A stretch of 55,955 nucleotides of DNA, filler included, from Basidiobolus ranarum (lineage: Eukaryota), in assembly GCA_040143965.1 (NCBI GenBank). It is 4 parts of 4 records of this genome, joined end to end, with 100 filler letters (N's around TTAATTAATTAA, not from the genome) between each part and the next. Parts side by side here need not be neighbours in the genome. Positions count along the whole stretch, not along the records: positions 14,043 to 27,976 come from JASJQH010007328.1; positions 28,077 to 41,984 come from JASJQH010007329.1; 2 more parts are not named here. One strand, written 5' to 3'. Shown here piece by piece: positions 24,500-38,100 of the stretch (position 1 is the stretch's first letter; every line of letters begins with the position of its first letter). The position numbers and the translations under genes were made by a program. Under the pieces are notes generated by a model. It had not been told where the DNA came from. It saw only the letters and a list, made by a program, of their open reading frames with translations, and ran no database searches.

Positions 24500-25550
24500 A
24501 AGCTCTGCAAGTCCCCAAAGTTCTGTGGAAATAGTACATTGGAGACTTATACAGGTTATATAATGGACTTGTTCTCTGTGATAGTGCCATTTTGTACTGT
24601 ATATATCATATTGGATAAAGTATTCTAAATTTATGCGGCACTATCCAGCACCCTCTGGCATGATCAATTTCAATCACAATTACTCCAATATATTGAGCCA
24701 AGGTCCGATAAATCCTGGCACCATGGAACAAGTCCAATGATAAAAATGCATCTTTTTCAACGAGGCCAGAAAGTTTTGTATTGACTTCTTCTTTCATGAA
24801 TTGGATGTAATGAGATGTCCACAAATTCATGTTACCTGAGAGTTCTTCGTCAGCAAGTAGATATTCCATTTTGGTTAAGAATTCAAATAGTAAATGTTGG
24901 CATCCTCAAGTATCCATTACTAGTAGAACTACGCTACAAGCACAATCCCCCGCCTCGGTATTCTTTAAAGTACTTGACCACTTTTTAAACGGAACCACAT
25001 AGAGCTTATTATGTTCGCCAGCTAGAATATCGCTTAGTAGAAGTCAAACTCGGGATCGCGACCATTGGCTTTAGAGCTTATGAGTGGTTGTAGATCCACG
25101 TTCAAAAAACCGGTTAGACTAACGGTGCTTGTGAAATTGATCACCAAGATTGTGTAGTGTAAAAAAATCAGTTTAAGAAATTGCACCGATGCTAACATCT
25201 GCAGTTCTCCCAATGTAAACAGTGCATCTATTCTCATACTGAAGTAATAAATCAGCGAGATACCCGCTAATGCAAGAATATTAAATCTAATGCAGGGTAA
25301 TTACCTCATTTCCACAACATTTATAGCTATCATATTCTATCTATGTTAGAGACAGTACGAATGGAGTGGCGAGTATATTTCATGCTACATTGGTGAAGTC
25401 AATTATGATGTCTTTTGGTAGATCTCCCTCCAAGTATAAAGCACCAGGCAAACACGCTCCTTCGGGCATACTGAAAGCCAACAGGCTTGCTATGTTACGG
25501 ACAAATAAAAACATATATAGTTTATGCCTTAGATTTAAGCACCCGTATAT
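24500..25550 (-). pseudogene. Degraded coding or repeat relic of unknown family, containing repeat copy 2 (24565-24733)
   Basis: Chain of stop-interrupted minus-strand frames (including 24606-24869 and 25034-25237); part is duplicated at 13763-13942. Ends are approximate. Confidence 0.4.
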
Positions 25551-26264
25551 CAGGTTCGCTTAAAGTCGATCATTATCTGATCCAAGTAATCACTATGAGA
25601 TTTGAAATCATTGCTGTTATGCAAGGATAGGGCAATAGCAATACTTCATCGAGGCCTATTACTCTTAAACTTTCCAACAATCACATCCTACTGAATACTC
25701 GCAGTTAGTCACAAGGATTAGTTTTCGACTGCCACCCCTGCCTCCGATTCAGTCACTCCCAGATTAGTTGTACATGAAACGTCTATACCCAATACATACC
25801 ATAATAACTGACTATTGGACCAAAGTACATCCTACTAGTGGGAATGTTTTATAAGCGATTTAAGATTATGTATAAGGCGCTCACTGCCTCTTCAAGTTGT
25901 CTTCTAGGAGCTATTAAACTACTATGACGTACGATGGGGCGGAGAAACATGTATCAACGATTGTTGTTTAAATAGCCAGAAACTCAATATTTTAGGGTTG
26001 ATTCGTGCCACAAGGAAGTAAATCTAGAACATGAAGTATTTGATGTTGGCGCCATATACACGCATATGCACACAGTTCCATAAGCCATGGATGTAGCCCC
26101 ATATGATACCTATAAATACCTTTTGCCACAAAAATAAACCTCTGAACATGATTGTTGTAACTGAAATTGATGACAAAATGAAGTGAATCGAATGAGTCAA
26201 GCAAAACATATAAGAGCCGAGGTCACTCACCAAATATGTGCTGAAGCTACTTCATATATCGGCT

Positions 26265-27242
26265 ATGAGACTAAAAATCACTTTCTACGCGCTACTACTA
26301 CTGGTTGTGAGTAAACCCATTACCACAACTAACACTGCTGCATGCAAGGGTTCCTGTTCAGGGTCAAATAAAACCATAATTCAAAAGAATGCTCCATGGC
26401 ATCTGGCCCGCATAAGTCACCGCTCACTGAACACAACCAGTAAAAATGAATTTTCCTATCAGTCTGCTCGTGATGGAAGTGGAGTAACGATTTACGTATT
26501 TGATTCAGGCGTTGATACCTCTCACGCTGAGTTTAGTGGCCGTGCCCGTATTGGTGCTGATTTCATTGATGATGGTGTTCCAGATAACGATGGCCATGGT
26601 ACCGAATGCGCAAGTTTGGTTAATGGAAAGACTGTTGGTGTGGCAAAAAAGGCCCAGATTGTCTCTGTAAAGGTGACATATCGTCGTCGGCCCCGCAAAC
26701 TTTCGGATGCTTTTAAGTTTGTTTTAAATGATGCTAAAAAAAACCCCAAATTCAAATCTGTAATAAGTATGTCCGTCGGAATAGAGAATGCTGAACAAGA
26801 GACTGAAGACGCTCTCACAGAAGTTATCAGAGCTGGTATCACCGTCATTGCGGCAGCCGGAAATGGAGCTCATGATCCATGTAAGCTATGGCCTGCGTTA
26901 CGTAAAGACGTGATCACAGTCAGTGGTATGGATAAAAATGATCGTTGGGGCAACGAAAGTAGTGGCAAATGCGTTGATATTCTTGCCCCCAGCGATGATA
27001 TACTTGTTGCCTACTACAACCCTGATAAACCCAACAATCATGGTAAACTGAGTATTAGTGGTGGTTCTTCAGATGCGACTCCGATCGTAGCTGGTGTTGT
27101 GGCTGGGTATTTATCGGAAAAGCCAATGTCACCTGCCGAAGTGAGAAAAGTACTGATCAAAGCCGCTGGAAAAAATGTGATCAAAGGCGTCCCTAAAGAT
27201 GGAACACCAAATCTCTTAGTTTATAACAATGATAAAATATAA
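26265..27242 (+). CDS. Secreted subtilisin (S8A, proteinase K-like), intronless
   Basis: Signal peptide; APWHLARIS; triad motifs VFDSG, GHGTECA and GSSDATPIVAG; oxyanion motif AAAGN; C-terminal GTPNLL. Confidence 0.9.
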   Translation: MRLKITFYALLLLVVSKPITTTNTAACKGSCSGSNKTIIQKNAPWHLARISHRSLNTTSKNEFSYQSARDGSGVTIYVFDSGVDTSHAEFSGRARIGADFIDDGVPDNDGHGTECASLVNGKTVGVAKKAQIVSVKVTYRRRPRKLSDAFKFVLNDAKKNPKFKSVISMSVGIENAEQETEDALTEVIRAGITVIAAAGNGAHDPCKLWPALRKDVITVSGMDKNDRWGNESSGKCVDILAPSDDILVAYYNPDKPNNHGKLSISGGSSDATPIVAGVVAGYLSEKPMSPAEVRKVLIKAAGKNVIKGVPKDGTPNLLVYNNDKI

Positions 27243-27479
27243 ATCTTCTATAGGTATTTATATATACACATATATTGGTTGTTGTGTACACATTTGTAAT
27301 ATGCTTTCTTGTAGGAGTACTATGTGGTATATCTCTCTTCATTTAGACTGGCATGGCACCACTTGTAGGCAAAATTACTGTATTACTAATGCTACCAATG
27401 AAACTTGAAAATAAAAGCATAGTTTGACAAAAATGACAATATTAAGCTTGGGATTATGTTGAAGATAGGGCATTATCTA

Positions 27480-27976
27480 TTCAAGTATTTTGGGAGTTTG
27501 TTGGAAGTAGCTGGAGAACCTGAAGAATTGGTGGTTTTCAATTATTGATATTTAGTGAACAGTTGACATTTATGGTTTTGTCAGGAGGTAAACAAACAAA
27601 TATGAAGAATATGTTAAGGAAGGTCCCAGGAACATGTGTGCAAAGTTATGAGTCTCTTGGACAAGTTTGAAAAATCTATATACAAGATAACTTCTAAGTT
27701 GGTAGGGTTAGTTAGGGTTAGGGGTTAGGGGGATGATAAACACCACAGGGTGTAATATTTATTTAATAACTAGATAAACTACTATTAAACAAATAAGCCA
27801 ATGTAGCATAATATGCTAACAATAAAAGTTGAAGTTAAAATATAAAGAAAATAACAAAATATGGGAATCCTAAGATTAGTTGAAAACCTTAGAGTTTGCT
27901 ATTTCCCACAGATGTTGAATGTCAAAGTCTAGTGGGGAATGAAGTTCAACTGCTTGTTCACTGTAGTAATTTCTTA
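27480..27976. repeat. CpG-free repeat-derived contig end with a short TTAGGG-like tract
   Basis: 27661-27704 matches 12851-12894 (acaag.ttgaaaaatctatata....a.aacttctaagttggta) and is followed by gggttagttagggttaggggttaggg. Confidence 0.65.
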
Positions 27977-28076
27977 NNNNNNNNNNNNNNNNNNNNNNNN
28001 NNNNNNNNNNNNNNNNNNNNTTAATTAATTAANNNNNNNNNNNNNNNNNNNNNNNNNNNNNNNNNNNNNNNNNNNN
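27977..28076. other. Artificial contig spacer
   Basis: N44-TTAATTAATTAA-N44. Confidence 0.97.
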
Positions 28077-28174
28077 GTCCAACAAGTCAGATAGTGTAAA
28101 TTCTCTACAACCTCCCAAGTAAGCTCAATAGTCAACTAGTGCATACAAACAACCATATTCATTTTCTTTCTTAG

Positions 28175-30281
28175 GCCTACCGAGAGTCTGGCTGCAGAGA
28201 GAGCTAACCCATCTTTCCCTATACGTGAGCTTACCTACTATTTGGATGGAGGTGAAGAGGAGACCAAGGTTCGTTCATCTTAGGGAATGATGAGATAATC
28301 CATTTCTAATTCTAACCCCATTTTCCGCACAAATTAGCTGAATGAAAAATTCATGTTTCAACTGGAAAGAGATCCATTATGGAAAATGGAAGATCATTAC
28401 AATTTGACTCTTCCTGAAGTGAGAGAAAGAACTTTACTCAAACTCAGAAATGTTCTTCCTTATTTAGCCAATGAATCCAAAGACAATTTCCACAAACGTC
28501 TTATTTTGATGGGTTTAGTAGATCCAGCTTTTTATACCAGACTTGGTGTTCACACCGGTTTGTTCTTTAGTACCATTGAAGGACAAGCCACTCCAGCTCA
28601 ATACGAGTATTGGGTTAAGAGAGGTGCTTTGGCTTTGAATGGCATTACTGGATGCTTTGCCATGACTGAGCTTGGCCATGGATCTAATGTTGCTGGACTT
28701 GAAACTACCGCCACCTTTGACGAAGCCACCGATGAATTCATTATTCACACCCCCACCATTACCGCTACAAAGTGGTGGATCGGTGGCGCAGCACACACAG
28801 CTACCCATACAACTGCCTTCGCACAATTGATCGTCAAGGGCAAAAACTATGGTGCCAAACCATTTGTTGTCCCCCTTCGTGACGCCAACACCTTCAACCT
28901 ATTACCTGGTGTCAATATCGGCGATATCGGTAAGAAGATGGGCCGTGATGGCATTGACAATGGCTGGATTCAATTCACCTATGTTCGCATCCCTCGGCAA
29001 AACATGTTGATGAGATTTGCACAAGTCACTCGTACTGGGGAGGTCATTCAATCACCTCTCGCTCAACTCGCATACGGTGCGCTAATTGGTGCTAGAGTCA
29101 CTCTAATCCGTGACGGTGCGAATTTTGCGAAAAAAGCCCTAACTATCGCACTTAGATATGCTGCAGTTCGTCGACAATTCTCATCCAATCCTAAAGAGCC
29201 AGAGACGAAAATTTTAGATTATGTAATTCACCAAAATCGTCTGCTACCTTTATTAGCGGAAGCAGTAGCCGTTAATTTTACCAGTGTAGAAGTTCAAAAG
29301 TTGTACACTCAATTGATGCATCAATTACAAAATGCACGTCCTGGCCAAGATATGTCGGAAACCTTTGCTCTTCTCAAAGAAACTCACGCAACTACTGCTG
29401 GACTTAAGGCTTTCTGTACTTGGAATTGCTTGAGTGCTATTGAAGAATGTCGTCAAGCCTGTGGTGGCCATGGTTATTCTGGTTATACTGGATTGGCATC
29501 TATGTATTCCGACTTTGCTATTCAATGCACTTGGGAAGGTGATAACACTATTTTGACTCTTCAGACTGGTCGCTCCCTTATCAATAGCTACCTCGATATC
29601 AAGCGGGGAAAAACCGTCTCTAAAGGGCTTGACTACCTCAAGAAAGCAGGTGAACTCAGTACCATGCGCTGCCCCGGAGATGATGTCGCTTCAATTGCAA
29701 ACATGGACACCATATCTGAGGCTTGGAGTGTAGTTGCTGCTAACGCTGTTAAAATCTCAGCAGACATATATGAAAATTCCAAGAGCAAGGGGATTAGCAA
29801 AGATGCCGCATTGGAAAGCTGCGCAGTGGAGCGTCTTCATGCTGCACGTATGCACAGTTACGGCTACATATTCAACAAGTTCTCCGATGCTGTACGCCAA
29901 GCACCCGAAAGCATTCGCCCCGTATTGACCAATCTTTGTTTACTTTATGGTCTCCATAGCATCAAAGAAAACGCTGGCGAGTTTCTTGGTTGCCAATATT
30001 TCACTGCTTCTCACATGTCAGTGATCCGGGAGCAAGTCAATTATCTATGCTCAGTCATTCGTAAGGATGCAATTCCATTGGTTGATTCGTTCAACTATTC
30101 CGATTATATCATCAATTCGCCATTGGGTAGATATGATGGAAATGTTTATGAAGCGTACTTTAACCTAGTCAAGGCCAACAATCCTCAACAACCGGTTCCA
30201 TATTTTGAGTCGGTCATCAAACCCATTCTTTCTGCCAACTACAATCAAACAGAAATCCCTGATCTGGAAATTGATCAGTAA
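28175..30281 (+). CDS. POX1: Peroxisomal acyl-CoA oxidase, 5' partial
   Basis: Exons 28175-28268 and 28338-30281; motifs GCFAMTELGHGSNV, KWWIGGAAH, GIDNG, CRQACGGHGYS, TWEGDN and LGRYDGNVY. The first exon is not found on this contig. Confidence 0.93.
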
Positions 30282-30852
30282 TCCACTCCACCATATCTGA
30301 TTCTGGTCATCATCATTGCATCAAGTATAATAAAACTATGTAAGATAATTAAGCTAAAGTAGTAAATGATGGAGAGAGAAAATAAGATACGAGATATACA
30401 AAACTGAACTAGATTCCTCATCACACGCACCAAAATATATTAGGATTAAAAGCCAGGGTGGGATAGTTACATTAAACCCACGAACCTTATCCACGATAAA
30501 CCATCAATTTGACCAAGTTGGTGATAAGAAGCAAATAGATTGGTCGCCTTAGCTCGCCACCCAGATTATAGTAATATCATTAGATATTACTAATCACTGG
30601 ATGGGGAATCTATATCCGAACTATTGAACATTTAATGCAATCAAGAGAATATCTCTACATTGTAAACTGATAAATGTCCGATTTTCGACTCAAAATACTT
30701 CAATCGCCATATTTTCCCAACACTACTAGATCTATGACCACACATTACAAATTTGTACTAGAAATCAATCAATTTTATTTATGTACATATAGATAGGACA
30801 AAAGTGGAATTCATGCTGATGAAGTTAAATATATACAGTAGTGAATTGAAAA

Positions 30853-31572
30853 CTATCGGAAAAAACTCGAATTTCCAGTATTAATACCTGAAACTGGAAA
30901 TTTAGTAATAATAGGAAGTCGGTGATTGAAAGAGTCAAATGCCTCTAGAATTCTTCGACAATTCTCCTCTACGCGGTAATGTCTCTGACGACTATCCACA
31001 CGTGCAAATCCTCGGTTACATACAATGCAATTATAAGGTTTGTCACCAGTGTGTAGACGTACATGCCGCTGTAGATCATGCTTGCGCGTAAATGCACGCT
31101 CACAATGATCACATTGAAATGGTCTGTTGGCGGGGTCAGAAGGAGTTCTACTTGTTGAACGGCGAGTGAAGTTTTTGGAATTTTTCCGGACTGAAGTTCT
31201 TTTCTTTGGAGAAGATTGTGTATCTTCCACAATGGGTTGTGTCATTTGATAAGGTGGAAAACACTCGGATGTAGGTAGCAGGGTCGACATGTCAAGTGCA
31301 TTAGGCTGCAGGTCAGGAGTGGCATTGACAGGAAACCCGAGTGGATTAAATTGAGGATCAAATTGTGCGGGATAACTCCCCTGAATCAGCTCAGGAAGGT
31401 CAAACTCGTCACTTAGACTAACAATAGATGGGGATGATATACGATCCTCCGATGTGCAGAATAGTTGCTGTTGCTGAAAGTTGCCAAGAGAGTGGAAATA
31501 CGAATGGTTCACATTAGCAAGCCACTCTTGCTCTGGTGAAAAGTAAGGTAAACTTTCTGGTGGCAAGTTCAT
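30853..31572 (-). CDS. C2H2 zinc-finger transcription factor
   Basis: RPFQCDHCERAFTRKHDLQRHVRLHTGDKPYNCIVCNRGFARVDSRQRH after an acidic, Q/P-rich N-terminus. First ATG at 31572. Confidence 0.85.
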   Translation of the reverse strand: MNLPPESLPYFSPEQEWLANVNHSYFHSLGNFQQQQLFCTSEDRISSPSIVSLSDEFDLPELIQGSYPAQFDPQFNPLGFPVNATPDLQPNALDMSTLLPTSECFPPYQMTQPIVEDTQSSPKKRTSVRKNSKNFTRRSTSRTPSDPANRPFQCDHCERAFTRKHDLQRHVRLHTGDKPYNCIVCNRGFARVDSRQRHYRVEENCRRILEAFDSFNHRLPIITKFPVSGINTGNSSFFR

Positions 31573-32608
31573 TTCAGAAATAAGGTTATGAGATACTTCT
31601 CGCGAGCTCTCGAGGTTCCTTATAAATGTTTTGAGTAATGGTTGTTGCAATTGCGATATATTAATTTAGTAATGAACAGCGTCATAAGATAAGAATCTGT
31701 CCTTTATTAACTTTGATTTAAGTGGATCTTGCAAATAAATGACTTTGTAAGTCTTCAGCTGAATAATTCCCTTTCTAACTCGCATCTCTAACCCCCACCC
31801 CGATTGGTGGATACTGGAGATACTGAGAACTTCGCTAAGAAGGATTAAACCAAACATGAAAACCATATACTTTCACCAATAAACCCTCGTTCTTGTGCTT
31901 CACCAATAAGCCCTCCAAGCTCTCTTCTCAAGATATAGTAGATGAGCTAAAGTTAAATTAAACCCACGTCATCAAAGGTTGTAAGCAATTTCAATTCCTC
32001 TTCCATCTACCACCTAGTTAACCCTAACCACGGCATCGTAGAGAATGGTACATGCTTGCTAAATATCTAGGCCTAGTACCTGTATCGCGGTAGACGAACA
32101 CCATCCAAATGTAGTGGGTAGACGAATCACGATCCGACTCAATAAGGGTTTATTGAACCAGATTTGTTTGTTCGCCCTGTTTGGGTTTCCTTTCATCATC
32201 ATCATCTACAAATAACGTGAAGGAAAGGATCAACCCAACTCTATTGCTAGATTGTGTACGTAAAGATCTTGGGTACCCTTCGCTAATCATACTTATTACC
32301 TCTCCATTATTAGAAATAGTCTCACAAACTATAAAAGCCACCAGGGTTAGTGCGAATGTTGAAAAAAGGATGGGGTACAGATTAATTCATTGAACGCTGC
32401 TATAAATAGGTTCCCCATTAAACTCAAGTCCAATCAAGTTCCCCCAAAAGCCATTTCGATAGTGTGTGCATATTAAAGTTAAACTACCAATCTTCAACAA
32501 GATATAATAAATATATGTATACATAGGTTTATTATCTAAGAGAATGGTAAAGTGATGGCATGAAAGTAAGGTTCAAAAAGCGGGAAAGTATATGCATTCA
32601 ATTTATAT

Positions 32609-33805
32609 CTAGACTGCATTGTGGAAAAGGTAGGAGATTGATTCACCATTGTGAATACGACGGATAGCTTCAGCAAGACTGCCTGAAATATCAATGACTT
32701 GGAGCTTGGTGCTCATAGCACGCTTTTCAGAAGGAACTGCGATGGTATTGGTGATAACGACTTGGTAAACACTGCTGGAGTTTTCAAGTTTGGTGAGCGA
32801 ATCGCCAGAGAGAATACCATGAGTAGCAACAAGGTAAACACGCTCTGCGCCACAGTTTTGAACCAGATGATCAGCTGCTTTAAGGAAACTCTTGATGCTG
32901 TCAATCATGTCATCCTATTGTCAGCGGAGTTAGCACTTGTCATAAATCTATTACTGCCATGATATTTACTTACCAAAAGGAACACAACTCTTCCCTTGAC
33001 ATCACCAACCAAAGTAATACCTTCGTCATCCTGAGAAGTAATGCAATTTTGCTTTCCTGCTTCACAAGACTGATGGAAGCGAACTTTAGGGTCCGAGTGA
33101 ATGAGAGCAAAATCGATATTTAAACGATCGGCGAGAGAGGTAACTCTACAGAAACATGAGTAAGCTTAAAATATTCAAGTACTTCTGCCAAAAGTATATT
33201 AGTACGAACCTTTTAGCACCACCAGCATTCTTAGACACAACAACGCCCTCCTTATAGTCGTCAACGTTCTCCATGATCCATTTGGCTATGTTTGGCTCGG
33301 CAAATAAGTTATCAACAGGTTTGTTGAAGAAACCTTGCATTTGTGAAGCATGAAGGTCAAGAGTAATGATATGGTCAACACCAGCAACCGTAAGCATGTT
33401 GGCGATTACTATATCAATATCAGCACATATATTAAAAATAAAGCATTTTGTCCATTGGTAAAGCGTTTACTCACACTTGGCAGTAATGGCGCTACGTGAC
33501 TTTTTCTTGGACTGTTTCGAGTAAGGGAAAGCAGGCATAACAGCAGTAATACGCTTAGCTGAAGCGATTTTACAAGCATTGATCATAATAAGGAGCTCCA
33601 TAAGATGATCGTTGACGTTTCCGCACCCTCCAGACTGAATAATGAAGACATCTTGATTACGAACAGAAACACCAATCTCAATAGAAGTCTCGCGGTTGGA
33701 AAACTTCTTCAAGGTGACGGGTGAAGTTTTCTCTCCCAAACGTTGGGTAATCAATTCAGCAAGCTCTGGATGAGAGGTACCGGAGAAGATTTTAGTTTCA
33801 CGCAT
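32609..33805 (-). CDS. PRS1: Ribose-phosphate pyrophosphokinase (Prs1-like), multi-exon
   Basis: [74 protein letters not shown] and [17 protein letters not shown]. Confidence 0.92.
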
Positions 33806-35180
33806 GTTCGTAGAATTATCACGACTTCTATTATCCTCAAGTTCTGTTGAATACAAACTTCAACAACGAAAAAAAAACCGATAAAAAGTGTTGACTTGAT
33901 CACGTGAATGGGCAAAAGTTTTCGAACCTTGAATAACAGACTATCTGGCCATTGGATTGGCTGATTAGATCTATGATCTGTTTCAGGAATTTCAATAATC
34001 TAGATTTAGATGTAACAAACAAAGCCAGCATTGCACTTAAAGTTAATCAAAGATGCTTACTTGTGGTTTATCAAGTGAAATAGCTGCCCGAGTCTTTCAG
34101 TTTTTGGGGTGGAGCTCGTAGATTTTCTATTTCTTATCAAATATCACATATATTAAGCATGAGTATATACACTCTTTCGCTCGCAAGGGAGTGACCAACT
34201 AGCTATTGATGAATTCCAGTGATAGGTTGAATATTTACAACGAAACTTATTAACCGTTATTAAATGCTGGGAAACATGGGGAAATGCTGGGATTTTACCC
34301 ACATCGATAGTTTTCAGGGCTGAGCTTGTTCATGAGAGATTGTGATTGGATAAAATGGCAACAAAACATTCGAAACGCTTTTGTATTCTTGCTACGAAGA
34401 CGTAAGCACACTCAAGGAGCAATTGCTGCAGCATTCCTATATGCGTTTTATAATATTCCTTTCTGATTCACTTGTGCGTCTTCGTAAATTACTCGCCCTC
34501 AAATAAAAATGGGAATGAAAATTTTTGTGCGGGATCAGAGTTACTAGTCATCTCGGACATGCAACATCCAACATCCAACATCCTACATCCAACAGCGAAC
34601 AGTCAACCTCGACACATTGACTTTGCTATCCAAGCCTACTGGATAAACCTTGGCTTGATTTTTCCATCCAGATGGCAACTGATCAGGGTCTTGTATATAA
34701 TTCCACGTGTTTTACTAAAAATGAGTGGGATCGATCATTACGACTCCTATTTTATAATGGCATATTCATTGATCTTGAATATAAGAAATCATCGATAATC
34801 ACAGGTCCAGACATTGTGTGGCCTTTAATTATCTGGGTCTTTCTACCGCTGAGTGCTGTTTTCCTCGCTCCTTGCCCCTTTGCCATTTCCTTCTTTTTTT
34901 CTCCATTCTAATACTTCTTCTCTTTTGAGCTCTTGGTAGCGGCTCACGTATTATCGTATTTTCTACTAGAGTTTTATTGGTATGTGTTAGTTTTTCCTAA
35001 TCATTCGGCGACGTAGAATTTGGTGCTGCTTCTGGTCATCGTTCTTGATCGGAACTCTGATTTAGCACATTGTGTACTTTTCACATTCTATTTCGGTTTT
35101 ATAGATTTATATTTAGTTATAGTACTTACCAAAGTTTGCTTTTTCAAGTTATTTGTGTCAAAGTGTTAACTACGCCGAAA

Positions 35181-38100
35181 ATGTCCAAATCACCAACTCC
35201 TGATCCCCTTCGGGGGTTATCAACTTCACCATCCATGTCCTCTCCAACAGGAATACCTGAGAGACTTCTTTCAAAAAGGTAGTCATAATTATTAAATTTT
35301 ATCGAGAAATACCATATTTTGCGGAATATAAAAATTTTTCTGGAATCATTTTTTGGGTTGATATACTTACGAAACTTTATAGAACTATGGAGATCCAGGC
35401 TGAAGAGGGAATATTGCCCTATCGTTCCCCCTCTCATTCTTCATCAGGCAATTCCTTACTAGGATCATATAACAGCTCCCTTCTTGATGAAGGATCTCGT
35501 TCTAAAACACCCGAGTCAAAACTCGGTCTCTCCTTATTGGATTCGCTTTCAGGCTCTTCTGGGCTTAGTTCTAGCAGCTTTCCAACTGCTAGAAGAGCGC
35601 GTGCGGATACTATGCCTTCTTCCCTGACAAGATATCCTTTTCGTAGTGTATCTCCTGGAGCTTCGTCAGAGACTTCCACACCAATTGGCAGTAATTATCC
35701 TGTTTCTTCAGGCACAACTACTCCTACGCGAATGAGTGGTGGAAATACTACTCGCTCTCGTGGTAATTCTTTGAGTATTCCCTCCTCTGCATTTTCAAAC
35801 ACTTTTGGATCCAGTATTTTCTCTCCTTGGCAGGTCACGCCAGGTGATGGAAATGATGCAAACGAGTTCGCTGGGCACGGTTTAAATGATGATTCAGTCA
35901 ACCCTCTCATTCAGACTTTAGACTATCTAGGCCTTGATGATTCTTCTAATAACTCTTCTCATCAATTGAATGACAGTCTTGGTGGCTCTAGGTACGACTC
36001 ACCCCCCGAGTCCAAATGTAAGTAGATGATAGAAAATGTAGCTTGTGCTAAAAAAGTACTATGTAATAATCGAGATCTATTTCTTTGCAGCTGTTAGCAA
36101 TTTGAGAGCATCCCTTGGACGACTTCGTTCTCACTCAATGTCTTCCACTGCTAATTACGGTGATGAGATGATATCTCCTCTTCCACCTGCCCTTCAGCAT
36201 CTTAGAAATGCGCCTTCACGTACTCGCGCTATTTCGGTTGGATTTTTGGAAGCTCCTCAAGGCTTTTACGCACCTGTTGATAATTCTTCAAGTCCAGAGA
36301 TGTCACTTGGAAATAAATATAGCAGTGAAAGTATAATGCTTAACGATAACGGATCCATCAATACTAATATGGGGTTGAATGGCTCTGATAATGTATGTAA
36401 ATGTTGACATTCTCCCTCACTCTTCCTTTATTCACGCATTTCTTTTAGCAGCTTCTTAGCCATAGACAGTCGTTTGAAAGTGGGAATGACTATGATCATG
36501 AGGTAAGTCATTTTCAATTACAGGCGTTCATTGATTTCTATTAACACCCGTAATATCTGCAGTATTTAGATCCCCTCGAGATTTCCACTGCTGACCATGT
36601 AACACCTACTCGTTCTCTTTGGATTGGTAATATTGACAGTTCCTTAACATCTGGGGATCTTATGTCGATTTTTTCACCTTACGGACCTATCGAATCTCTT
36701 CGTTTACTTCCCGAGAAAGAGTGCGCTTTTGTTAACTACGTAAAGATCGAAGATGCTATCCGTGCTCGGGAAGAGATGCAAGGTGGCAGAGTAGGCAATT
36801 GCATCATTCGCGTTGGTTATGGAAAGGTATAGATCCATTATTCGTATAAATATATTTATTTGCTCCAGAACTCGGTACTAACAACAGTCAAACCTTACAG
36901 GCCGATATATATACATCTGATGCTCAAACCATGCAACCCACAAGAGCACTCTGTAAGTTTACGTAGATACGATATCACCTCATCTTTTCACATTCTGATT
37001 AGTCTACATTTACAATTAGGGATTGGCAATATTTCTGCATCTATTACTCCTGCTGCTCTTCAAGCGGTTTTCGCTCCCTTCGGAGCCATTGAGTCTGCTA
37101 GAATTCTTACTCACAAGAATTGTGGATTCGTGAATTTCGAAAAAGTGGAGGATGCTGCCAAAGCCAGAAAGGAAATGAATAACAAGGAGATATACGGATC
37201 TGCTGTGAGAATCGGTTATGCCAAAGTCCCTCCAAAGGATGCTACCACTTCTAAAATTGGCGCTACACCATTTGGATTGCCATTCTCTTCCACTCTCACT
37301 CAGTCAACAACCCCCATGGCTCAATGGAGCTCAAGTGTTACTTCGTTAGGTGGAAACTCGGTCAGTTCCTCTACTGGTGAGCCCGATACCTCTCTTGGTT
37401 CATCTTTAAACAACAGTGGTTCCGGGATGTACGAAACCGTGGATTTGTTGGGTCCACTTGTAATGGATGACAAACTGATCGCCTTTCCTTATGCATCTTC
37501 ACTCCCACCTATTCCTGAGCCCAATCTTAACCGTAAAATAGATCAATCTCGTCTTCGAGAAATCCGAAAAAGACTAGATAGTCATACTTCATCGGCCAAA
37601 GATGTCGAATCTGCTTTCCAAGAATTATATGAAGATGCTGTTGATCTTTGTTCTGGTAAGTTTCTTACTTTTCCTAGTAAATTCATTCCAAATTCCTAAC
37701 ATTGTTATGTTTAGATTATATTGGGAACACCGTCGTTCAAAAACTCATGGAGCGTGGAGGAGATAGTCATAAATTAATGTTGATTGAGAGAGTTGCCTCT
37801 CACATGGCTTCTATTGGTGTTCATAAAAATGGCACTTGGGCAATTCAGAAAATGATAGATTGCGCCACTACACCTGCTCAAATGCAACCCATTGTTAACT
37901 CCTTAAAACCTTTTGCTCCACCCTTGCTATTAGATCAATTCGGAAACTATGTTATACAATGTTGCCTTCGTTTGGGACCCCAGCGTAATCAATTCATCTA
38001 TGACGCCATCCACGCCCGATGCTGGGAAGTTGCCCAAGGAAGGTTCGGTGCTCGTGCCATTCGCGCTTGTCTTGAAAGTCAATATACTACTAAACGCCAG

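Noticed and set aside
7963-30281. Apparent lipid or signalling cluster (desaturase, PAK, PX-PB1, PDE, POX1)
   Set aside because: The genes are spread over three unlinked contigs.
34562-34594. (CAACATC)n tandem repeat between PRS1 and the Puf gene
   Set aside because: Ordinary short tandem repeat.
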